A stretch of DNA of 64,000 nt from an uncultured Bacteroidaceae bacterium. Lineage in GTDB: Bacteria > CAIWAD01. The number at the start of each line of letters is the position of its first letter. The first letter of the stretch is position 1. The position numbers were made by a program, and so were the translations under genes. Below are positions 30,444-38,047 of the stretch, one piece after another. The stretch is taken from NCBI GenBank assembly GCA_964568855.1, contig CAZMSD010000001.1, positions 75,197 to 139,196 on the forward strand. Reading direction: 5' to 3'. A model generated the notes under the pieces. It was not told where the DNA came from. It searched no databases and was given only the letters and a program-made list of their open reading frames with translations.

Positions 30444-31283
30444 TCAGGGTCGCTTCGGGAAACGCCCGAAGTCGGGCCGGCGCTTCTCGACGAAAGCATT
30501 GCGGCCCTCCTGCCCCTCCTCCGTCATGTAATACAGCATGGTGGTGTTGCCCGCCAGCTCCTGCAGGCCCGCCTGGCCGTCGCAGTCCGCGTTGAGCGCC
30601 GCCTTGAGGCAGCGCAGTGCCAGGGGTGAATTGGCCAGCATCTCGCGGCACCAGGCCACGGTTTCCGCCTCAAGCCGGTCCAGCGGCACCACGGAGTTCA
30701 CCAGGCCCATCTGCAGCGCCTGCCCGGCGTCGTACTGGCGGCAGAGGAACCAGATCTCGCGTGCCTTCTTCTGTCCCACCACGCGGGCCAGGTAGCTGGA
30801 ACCGTAACCGCCGTCGAAGGAGCCCACCCGCGGTCCCGTCTGGCCGAAGCGGGCGTTGTCGGCGGCGATGGTCAAATCGCAGATCAGGTGCAGAACGTGT
30901 CCGCCCCCGATGGCGTAGCCCGCCACCATGGCCACGACGGGTTTTGGGCAGGCGCGGATCTCGCGCTGGAGTTCGAGCACGTTGAGTCGATGGACGCCGG
31001 TCTCGTCGCGATAGCCGGAGTCCCCGCGGATCCGCTGGTCGCCGCCGGAACAGAAGGCCTTCTCCCCCCGGCCGCAGAGGATCACGACGCCCACCTCCGG
31101 ATCCTCGCGGGCCTCGCCCAGCGCGCGGCGTAGTTCTTCCACCGTCAGGGGGCGGAAGGCGTTGCGCACCTCCGGCCGGTTGATGGTGATTCTGGCGACG
31201 CTCCGGGCCGGACTCTCCGGATGGCCCTTGTGATACAAAACGTCCTCAAACGAACCGGCCTCCGTCCAGCGGATCTCATCCAT
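30444..31283 (-). CDS. menB: 1,4-dihydroxy-2-naphthoyl-CoA synthase (crotonase fold)
   Basis: Crotonase-superfamily blocks [43 protein letters not shown], and the C-terminal MenB-specific tail. Confidence 0.9.
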   Translation of the reverse strand: MDEIRWTEAGSFEDVLYHKGHPESPARSVARITINRPEVRNAFRPLTVEELRRALGEAREDPEVGVVILCGRGEKAFCSGGDQRIRGDSGYRDETGVHRLNVLELQREIRACPKPVVAMVAGYAIGGGHVLHLICDLTIAADNARFGQTGPRVGSFDGGYGSSYLARVVGQKKAREIWFLCRQYDAGQALQMGLVNSVVPLDRLEAETVAWCREMLANSPLALRCLKAALNADCDGQAGLQELAGNTTMLYYMTEEGQEGRNAFVEKRRPDFGRFPKRP

Positions 31284-32076
31284 CGCTCGATTCCTCCACC
31301 TCTTCCAGGAAATTCCTCATCCGCTTCGCGCAGCCCTCCGTCGCCTCGAGGTGCAGCGCGTGTCCCGCCGCCGCCACGATTTCCAGCCGCGCCGCCGGGC
31401 AGGCGGCGGCCAGGCGTCGGCCCAGTTCCACGTACTTGTGGTCCAGCTCCCCGGCCAGGAACAGCAGTGGCCGGGCCAGCCTCCCCAGCGCGGGCCAGAG
31501 GTTCTCCTGGATCCCAGCACCCAGTCCGCGGAGCAGCCCCGCCTGTCGGCCCGCGTCCAGGCTCCGCCGCCTGCGCAGGGCGCTAGGGAAGGCCTCGCAG
31601 CTGCTGAAGGACCGAAAGAGCGGCTGGTCGTACCAGTCCTCGAGAAAGGCCTCCAATCCTTCCCGCTCCAGCCCGGCGGCGAGCTGCAGCTCCCGCCGGC
31701 GCCTCAAGGAGCGCTCGCGCTCGTCGACGATTCCCGGCGAGGCCGCCAGCAGGCAGAGACTGCGCAGCCGCCCGGGATGCCGGAGGGCCAGGTCCAGGGC
31801 CAGCCGGCCGCCCATGGAATAGCCGGTCAGGTGGAAGGCGCCTTCGATCCGCCCCTCCAGATCTTGCAGCAGCGCTCCCGCGCACTCCTCGAAGGCCGCT
31901 CTGTCTGCACCGGCGGGCACGGGCAGCTCGGGCGCCAGGCAGCGGCGCCCACCCTCGAAGCGCTCCATCAGCGGAAGCCAATCCTCCGGGCAACCAAGGA
32001 AGCCGTGCAGCAGGACCAGCGGTTCGCGCCGGCATGCCGCCGGTTTCTTGCCGCCAGGTCCGCGCTCGAGCATCAT
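31276..32076 (-). CDS. menH: 2-succinyl-6-hydroxy-2,4-cyclohexadiene-1-carboxylate synthase (alpha/beta hydrolase)
   Basis: LVLLHGFLG and GYSMGGRLA nucleophile elbow. True start is the internal MMLERGPGG (index 372 of the 637-aa track ORF); the upstream part of that ORF is an out-of-frame overlap with menD. Start overlaps the menD stop (ATGA). Confidence 0.75.
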   Translation of the reverse strand: MMLERGPGGKKPAACRREPLVLLHGFLGCPEDWLPLMERFEGGRRCLAPELPVPAGADRAAFEECAGALLQDLEGRIEGAFHLTGYSMGGRLALDLALRHPGRLRSLCLLAASPGIVDERERSLRRRRELQLAAGLEREGLEAFLEDWYDQPLFRSFSSCEAFPSALRRRRSLDAGRQAGLLRGLGAGIQENLWPALGRLARPLLFLAGELDHKYVELGRRLAAACPAARLEIVAAAGHALHLEATEGCAKRMRNFLEEVEESSDG

Positions 32077-33824
32077 GCCCCCGCAGCGGCATCGCGGATC
32101 CCGCGCCGGATCCGCTCCGCCAGCAGAGCATGTCCCCCGCGGAGGCAACAGGCTTCGATCAGGCAGGGTCCCTCGCCGGCCAGCGCGCTCTCCCAGGCCG
32201 CGCGAAAGGCTTCCCGGCTCTCGGCCCCCCGGGCGGATATGCCGAATTCCCGGGCGATCCCGGCCAGACGAAGCTCGTGGGCCGCGTCGCACCAGGGACT
32301 GAGTACCTGCGGATGCCCGGCCAGGGGAAGCAACGAGAAGATGCCCCCGCCGCCGTTGTTGACCAGCACGATCACCAGGCGTTCCCGCAGATCGCGCAGG
32401 ATCCACAGGCTGCCCAGGTCGTGCAGCAGCGAAAGGTCGCCCAGCACCAGCACGCCCGGGCGTCGAGCTCCCGCGACAGCGCCCGCGGCGGTGGCCAGCA
32501 ACCCGTCGATGCCGCTGGCCCCGCGGTTGCCCAGCACTACAGGTCCCTCCCCGCGACGATCGGCCAGACCGTCCGCCTGCCTCACCGGCAGGCTGTTGCC
32601 CAGGAAGAGCAGGTATTCCCCCGGCGTCCACTCGCAGACCCGGCGCAGCAGCCAGGCCTCGCTGAATTCCACGCCCTCGTCCACCTCGCGGGCGATGACG
32701 CGGGCGGCGCGGCGGTCGATTTCCTGCCAGCTCCTGAATAAACCTCCCTTGTGCGACGCGGCGCCCCCCGCAGAGAGCTCCAGGCGCGCCGCCAGAGCCG
32801 CGGGAGAGAGGGTCAGGCGCTCGGATACGGCGTGCAGCGGATCCAGTCGCTCGGGGTCTTCGTCCACCAGGATCCAGGGACAGGAGAGCCCGGCCAGGTA
32901 TTCCTGGATGCGGCGCGAGACCAGCCTCCCCCCGAGCTGGATCACCAGGTCGGGCTCCTCCGGCGGGGGCTCCCAGAGATCGAAGTGGCGCAGCAGTCCG
33001 GGATGTTCGCCCAGGCGCAGGCCCGAACAGATGTCGGCCAGGAAGGGCCAGGCCAGACGCTCGACCAGCCCGGTGACGGCTTCCCGGTCGGCGCGGCGCC
33101 GCAGGCCGCCGGCCACCAGCAGGCCCCGCCGCGCCCGGTCGATCCGCCCGGACAGCTCCGCCGCCGCGGCGCCATCCTGTGTGAAGCACGGCGGAGGGCA
33201 GACCGTGCGTGGTCCCCCGCCCTCAAGCCAATCCGCCAGGGGCGCAAGATACTCGCCGGACCAGGCCCGGCGCTCCGGGGCCAGGGGCTCGCGGAACATG
33301 CAGTTGAGCTGCACCGGACCCGCGGGGTGCTGGGTCGCCCGCCGCCAGAGCTGGTCGGCGGTGTCCAGCACGAAGGCCGCGGGAATCTTCTCCGTGGGAC
33401 AGGGCATGTCGAACTGCCAGCGCAGGCGTCCCTGGAAGAGACCCAGCTGCTCGACGCTCTGGTTGGCCCCGCAGCGCCGCTTTTCCGGCGGCCGGTCGGC
33501 GCTGAGCAGGATCAGCGGCTGCAGGTCCAGGTCCGCTTCCACCACCGCCGGCAGCAGGTTGACCGCGGCCGTGCCGGAGGTGGTGATCACCGCGGCGGGC
33601 GCATCCCCGCCCCGCGCGCATCCCAGGGCGAAATAGGCCGCCGCCCGCTCGTCCACCCAGAGACAGAGTTCGAAGCGCCCGTCAGCAGCGGCCGCCGCCG
33701 CCAGCGGGGCGGAGCGCGAACCGGGCGCCAGGGCGATTCTTCGCAGGCCGCAACGCCACAGTTCCTCCAGCAGCAGGGCGCTCCAGGCGGCGTTCAGGTT
33801 GGGCAGGCCCTCGATTCCGCTCAT
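32073..33824 (-). CDS. menD: SEPHCHC synthase (ThDP-dependent)
   Basis: ThDP-binding GDLSLLHDLGSL...LVNNGGGGIF motif; MenD-like N-terminal region; operon position. Confidence 0.85.
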   Translation of the reverse strand: MSGIEGLPNLNAAWSALLLEELWRCGLRRIALAPGSRSAPLAAAAAADGRFELCLWVDERAAAYFALGCARGGDAPAAVITTSGTAAVNLLPAVVEADLDLQPLILLSADRPPEKRRCGANQSVEQLGLFQGRLRWQFDMPCPTEKIPAAFVLDTADQLWRRATQHPAGPVQLNCMFREPLAPERRAWSGEYLAPLADWLEGGGPRTVCPPPCFTQDGAAAAELSGRIDRARRGLLVAGGLRRRADREAVTGLVERLAWPFLADICSGLRLGEHPGLLRHFDLWEPPPEEPDLVIQLGGRLVSRRIQEYLAGLSCPWILVDEDPERLDPLHAVSERLTLSPAALAARLELSAGGAASHKGGLFRSWQEIDRRAARVIAREVDEGVEFSEAWLLRRVCEWTPGEYLLFLGNSLPVRQADGLADRRGEGPVVLGNRGASGIDGLLATAAGAVAGARRPGVLVLGDLSLLHDLGSLWILRDLRERLVIVLVNNGGGGIFSLLPLAGHPQVLSPWCDAAHELRLAGIAREFGISARGAESREAFRAAWESALAGEGPCLIEACCLRGGHALLAERIRRGIRDAAAGA

Positions 33825-35323
33825 CTTCCGCACTCCCGCAAATCAGCCCTGATCCTTGATGCAGGGCTCGGATCTTCCGCGGCCCGGAAAGTGGACTCCT
33901 CGAGCAGCATGCGCAGCAACTGCATCTTGTTCCCGGTTTCCTCCCACTCGGCATCCGGTCGGGAATCGGGCAGGATGCCCGCCCCGGCGAAAAGACGCAG
34001 GTCCCGTCCCTTTAGCAGGGCGGAGCGGATGGCCACCGCCACTTCGGAGGACTCCGCGCCGAAGCAGCCCAGCGGCCCGGCGAAGTGACCTCGGTCGAAG
34101 TCCTCCAGTCGCCGGATCTCGGCCAGGGCGGCTCCGGTGGGCAGGCCGCAGACCGCCGGCGAAGGGTGCAGACCGGCCAGCAACTCACGATCGCAGAGTT
34201 CGCGCTCCGGTCGGGCGATGATCCGGGTGCAGAGGTGCTGTACGCGGGCCAGGCGCCGCAGCGCAGGGCCCTCGGCGGCTTCGATCCGGCAGCCCAGATC
34301 CTGGAGCCGCTCGCGGATCCATTCCTCCACCATGGCCTGCTCGCGCAGCTCCTTGGGACTGTTCAGCAGCTCCTGCGCCAGGCGGCGGTCTTCCACAGAC
34401 TCCCTGGCCCGCGGCCTGGTTCCAGCCAGGGCTTCGCTCTCGATTCCACCGGCACCTCGACGGTACAGTCGTTCGGGAGAGGCGCCGAAGAAGTGGTCCC
34501 CGGAATCCGACTGGATCAGGAAGCGGTAGCTGTCCGGCTGGGCCCGCCGCAGGCGACGCAGCAGTTCGAAGGGATTCAGGGGGCGGTCCGCCCGCAGGTC
34601 CAGAACCCTGGACAGGACGACCTTCTCCGGTCCTCCGCGCTCGAAGCGGCAATGGAGTTCCTCCACCTGCTCCCGCCACCTGCGACAGGCACTGGTGGTG
34701 GAACCGTACTCCAGGGTCGCCGGGTGATACGATCCCCCCGGCGATCCGGGGATGGAGATCAAGTCCTCCAGCAGCCGACGAGCCTCCTCCAGAGCTGTGC
34801 CGGGATCCGGGAACGACGCTTCGCCGCCCGCCGCGGGCTCCTGCTCCTGCAGGGGCAGGTTGCAGGCCAGCCGGAGCCCTTCGCGATCGCGCCGCAGCTC
34901 CACCAGGGGCAGGTGGATCCGGCAGCGGCCGAAACCAGCCCATTTGGGCCCTGTTGATCCGGCCGGATCGAAGCGGCCCGCGCCGATCCAGCGCAGCCGT
35001 GCGGCTTCTTCGCCGGCGGGATCCAGGCCAAGCAGCCTCAACGGGCTGTCCAGGCGCTCCCAAGCTGAGGCTTCCAGGACGAGGGCCGCGCCGGCGCCGG
35101 CCAGCTCCAGGTTGCCCTCCCTGTCGGCCCAGTAGATGCGCTGAGAGCTCCGGAAGCATTCCAGGCAATCCAGAAGGTCCGGCGAGGGAGATCCAGCGGA
35201 AGCCACGGGAGATTCAAGGCGTTGGAAACCCCGGACTCCGCGCCCGGCCGTTTCGAGCAGCCGGCCGGTTAATCGCACTGCCGCTTCGCGCAGGCGGGCT
35301 GTCGGAGGAGCCTCATCCCGCAT
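33821..35323 (-). CDS. menF: isochorismate synthase
   Basis: Chorismate-binding family blocks (GTRPRAR...ELLNSPKELREQAMV...AGAGILPDSRPDAEWEET); GGAGGAGG RBS; first gene of the men cluster. Confidence 0.8.
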   Translation of the reverse strand: MRDEAPPTARLREAAVRLTGRLLETAGRGVRGFQRLESPVASAGSPSPDLLDCLECFRSSQRIYWADREGNLELAGAGAALVLEASAWERLDSPLRLLGLDPAGEEAARLRWIGAGRFDPAGSTGPKWAGFGRCRIHLPLVELRRDREGLRLACNLPLQEQEPAAGGEASFPDPGTALEEARRLLEDLISIPGSPGGSYHPATLEYGSTTSACRRWREQVEELHCRFERGGPEKVVLSRVLDLRADRPLNPFELLRRLRRAQPDSYRFLIQSDSGDHFFGASPERLYRRGAGGIESEALAGTRPRARESVEDRRLAQELLNSPKELREQAMVEEWIRERLQDLGCRIEAAEGPALRRLARVQHLCTRIIARPERELCDRELLAGLHPSPAVCGLPTGAALAEIRRLEDFDRGHFAGPLGCFGAESSEVAVAIRSALLKGRDLRLFAGAGILPDSRPDAEWEETGNKMQLLRMLLEESTFRAAEDPSPASRIRADLRECGR

Positions 35324-35359
35324 GTCGGGCCTCCTCCGATCCTGCCCTCCGGATTTTGC

Positions 35360-36487
35360 TCATTCTTCCAAGCCCTGGTTTTCCTCCGCTGGATACTGAG
35401 CGGCCGTTCGAAGGTTACGGTCCACCGCCTCGGCCACCGGCGCCAGGCGCTCCATGAATCGCCGGAAGGCTTCAGGCGTGATACTCTGCTCGCCGTCGCT
35501 GCGGGCCCGGCGGGGATCGGCGTGCACTTCCAGCATCAGCCCGTCCGCCCCGGCCGCGACGGCCGCCAGGGCCACCGCTTCCACGAGCCCCGCGTCCCCC
35601 GTCCCGTGCGAAGGATCGGCCACCACGGGCAGGTGGACGGAACGCTTCAGGAGAGGCAGGGCGTTGATGTCGAAGGTGAACCGCGTGGAGGGATCGAAAC
35701 CCCGCACGCCGCGCTCGCAGAGAATCACCCGGGGATTGCCGCTCAGCATCACGTACTCGGCGCCGTTGACCAGTTCCTCCAGCGTGCAGCCGAAGCCGCG
35801 TTTCAGCAGGACAGGCTTGGACTCACGGCCCAGCCTGCGCAGGAGGGGGAAGTTCTGCGAGCTGCGGGAGCCCACCTGGAAAACGTCCGTGAACCGGCCC
35901 ACCAGCTCCACGTCCTCGGCCTGCAGCACTTCCGTGATCACCGGCAGCCCCGTGCTGTCGCCGGCCTCGCGCAACAGCTCAAGGCCCCTGAGTCCCAGGC
36001 CCTGGAAGCGATAGGGATTGCTGCGCGGCTTGAAGGCTCCGCCGCGTAGCCAGCCGGCCCCGGCCTCCTTGACCGCCAGGGCGGTTTCAAGCATCTGCTC
36101 CCGATCCTCTACGCTGCAGGGCCCGGCGATGATCGCCAGCCCCCTGCCGCCAACTTCGTTCCCGCGGCAGGAGAATCGGCTGGCCTCGGCGTGCCAGTTG
36201 CGGGAGGCGAGCACGAATTCGTCCTCCTGCAGAAAGGCGCGGCGCAGGCCCCTCCGGCCGGTCAACCGTTCGGGCAGTCCCGCGTAATCGCCCTGAACCC
36301 GGGCCAGGGCGAAGCAGAATCCAGCGCCTCGCTTAAGGACCAGCTCCAGTCCCAGGCGACGTCCATCGACCAGCAGATCGCGGTAATCGGCCTCGCCGAT
36401 TCCCGGTTCCAGCTCCAGAACCAAAGTGGGAGGACCGGCCGAACCGCTGCAGCGTCCCAGGCCGGGCGTCCAGGTTTCATTTCCCAT
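35360..36487 (-). CDS. 3-deoxy-7-phosphoheptulonate (DAHP) synthase, type I-beta with N-terminal regulatory extension
   Basis: IIAGPCSVE...LRGGAFKPRSNPYRFQGLG and KPVLLKRG...DPSH typical of the DAHPS/KDO8PS I-beta family; ~110-aa N-terminal extra domain. Confidence 0.8.
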   Translation of the reverse strand: MGNETWTPGLGRCSGSAGPPTLVLELEPGIGEADYRDLLVDGRRLGLELVLKRGAGFCFALARVQGDYAGLPERLTGRRGLRRAFLQEDEFVLASRNWHAEASRFSCRGNEVGGRGLAIIAGPCSVEDREQMLETALAVKEAGAGWLRGGAFKPRSNPYRFQGLGLRGLELLREAGDSTGLPVITEVLQAEDVELVGRFTDVFQVGSRSSQNFPLLRRLGRESKPVLLKRGFGCTLEELVNGAEYVMLSGNPRVILCERGVRGFDPSTRFTFDINALPLLKRSVHLPVVADPSHGTGDAGLVEAVALAAVAAGADGLMLEVHADPRRARSDGEQSITPEAFRRFMERLAPVAEAVDRNLRTAAQYPAEENQGLEE

Positions 36488-37190
36488 GCGGGACCGCTCC
36501 TCTCTTGTGGACCGCTTCAGGTGTGCACAGGCCCCGGCTCACCAGGGTCAGGAAACAGCGGACCCAGCGCTCCTGCTCGCTTCGGTCCGCCTGGAAGAGC
36601 CGGGATTCCGGATCGAGATGCTCCAGGTAGAATGCCCGCAGCAGGCCCTCGAACATGGTGTTGAGCAGGAAGGCGCTGCGCTCGAGATCCAGGTTCTCGG
36701 CCAGCTCGCCGGAATCCCGGGCCTCGGCCAGCATCTCGACCAGGAATTCCTGGCTCCGCCGGCTGAGATAGCGCAGTCGCTCCGTGCCGAAGGGCGCGTC
36801 GCCTGAATGCAGCAGGTGGAAGTAGATCCTGGCCAGCCGTGGATGTTCCCGGATGAAGCGGAACCCGGAGCGCAGCAGCATTTCCAGGCGCTCGGGAAGA
36901 TCGCGGCCCTCGCTCTCGGCGCGCACATTCCGCAGGGTGCTCTTCACGCGGTTGAAGGCTACGCGAACGATGCCGTCGAACAGTTCGGGCTTGGAGCGGA
37001 AATACTGGAAGAGGCTGCCCTTGCTGATGCCGGCCTTGCGCACCAGGCTGTTCATGGATGCGCTGCTGTAGCCATGGGTGGCGAATTCGTCCACGGCGGC
37101 GCTGTAGATGCACTCCTGTTTCTCCGCGCTCAGGGTCTCGAAAGCGCGGGTTCCAGGCGAGAGTTGCAGTTTTTCCTTGGATCGAGGCAT
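36477..37190 (-). CDS. TetR/AcrR family transcriptional regulator
   Basis: N-terminal HTH (AAVDEFATHGYSSASMNSLVRKAGISKGSLFQYF) plus a TetR_C-like helical domain. Stop overlaps the DAHPS start by 11 nt. Confidence 0.85.
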   Translation of the reverse strand: MPRSKEKLQLSPGTRAFETLSAEKQECIYSAAVDEFATHGYSSASMNSLVRKAGISKGSLFQYFRSKPELFDGIVRVAFNRVKSTLRNVRAESEGRDLPERLEMLLRSGFRFIREHPRLARIYFHLLHSGDAPFGTERLRYLSRRSQEFLVEMLAEARDSGELAENLDLERSAFLLNTMFEGLLRAFYLEHLDPESRLFQADRSEQERWVRCFLTLVSRGLCTPEAVHKRGAVPHGK

Positions 37191-37191
37191 C

Positions 37192-37221
37192 TGACCACCC
37201 GGTCATTGACCAGGTGGTCAA
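37192..37221. promoter_or_regulatory. tandem palindromic operator-like sites immediately upstream of the tetR start
   Basis: TGACCAcccGGTCA followed by TTGACCAggTGGTCAA; the TGACCA/TGGTCA half-site is repeated four times in alternating orientation. Confidence 0.5.
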
Positions 37222-37237
37222 GTTACCACGGAATGCT

Positions 37238-37285
37238 CGCGGGTGCAAGCGCGGGTGCAAGCGCGGGTGCAAGCGCGGGTGCTTG
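37238..37285. repeat. 12-bp direct tandem repeat (CGCGGGTGCAAG) x 3.7
   Basis: Three perfect copies plus a partial fourth, read directly from the sequence; about 50 bp upstream of tetR. Confidence 0.8.
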
Positions 37286-37499
37286 CTGTGGTAGCTGACC
37301 GTGCCAAAATGAGCAGGGCGTCCGTGACGCCCTGTCTCATCCCGATGATTTTGCACGCGCACAATGTGCGCTCGTACACCAAGACGCGCACGCACCCAGA
37401 AGTGCGCGTGCACAGGTAGTGCACGTGGCTGTCGGAGCGTTTCCGACAACCTGATTCGCGATGCGGTCAGCGACGGCAGCCGCTCTGCCCCGCGGACTT

Positions 37500-37775
37500 C
37501 GCAAGTGGACCGATTCACATGGATCGAGCGGTTCTGAGCGCGTCCAGGCAGTTCAATGCAAGACGCGCCGCCGCAGGAATAGCCCAGCTATTTCAAGAAG
37601 GCGCAACGCCGCAGTGGGCTGCCTGGTGCGCTCCCTTCGGGCTTGCCGCAAAGCGGCCATCTTCAGCGTTACATCTGCTTGAAGTAGGCAAACTACATCT
37701 GCGCAGATGCGCCTTGAATCTGACCACTTTCCGGCAAGCAGAACCCGTCGCTCCATGTGAATCGGTCCACTTGCG
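37500..37775. mobile_element. MITE-like non-autonomous element: 24-bp perfect terminal inverted repeats flanking ~230 bp of non-coding, internally self-complementary sequence
   Basis: cGCAAGTGGACCGATTCACATGGA at 37500-37523 is the exact reverse complement of TCCATGTGAATCGGTCCACTTGCg at 37752-37775. No convincing ORF between them. Local GC drops. Confidence 0.45.
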
Positions 37776-38047
37776 CCGGTCTGCCCAACCGGCGGTGAAG
37801 GAGGGCGCTGCAGAACCCGGGCCAGAGTGTTATCACCTGTATTTCATGGAATTAGATTCCACGCTCAGCCGCAGCCCCTGGTCGTCTTGCACCGGATCGC
37901 GTCAAGTGAACTGGTTCCAGGAGTCCTGGAATTCTGGATCCTCAGGGCCTCCCGAAGTGGTTCAAGTTATCTGACTCCTTCATCAGAATCATTGTGTGAT
38001 CCAGCTGCACATCAATGAATTAACCTCTGGGATGCAGGACTAACGGA

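Noticed and set aside
31276-33189. 637-aa minus ORF
   Set aside because: Only the C-terminal 266 aa (from MMLERGPGG) form the alpha/beta-hydrolase MenH. The N-terminal 370 aa are an out-of-frame overlap with menD and are rich in Arg/Gly/Pro.
37238-37285. Possible CRISPR array
   Set aside because: Only a 12-bp unit repeated 3.7 times with no spacers. No cas genes anywhere in the window. This is a simple tandem repeat.
37519-37974. 151-aa plus ORF in the long intergenic region
   Set aside because: Starts inside the left inverted repeat of the MITE-like element. It has no RBS and no recognisable domain, and it spans the element and its flank. Most likely non-coding.
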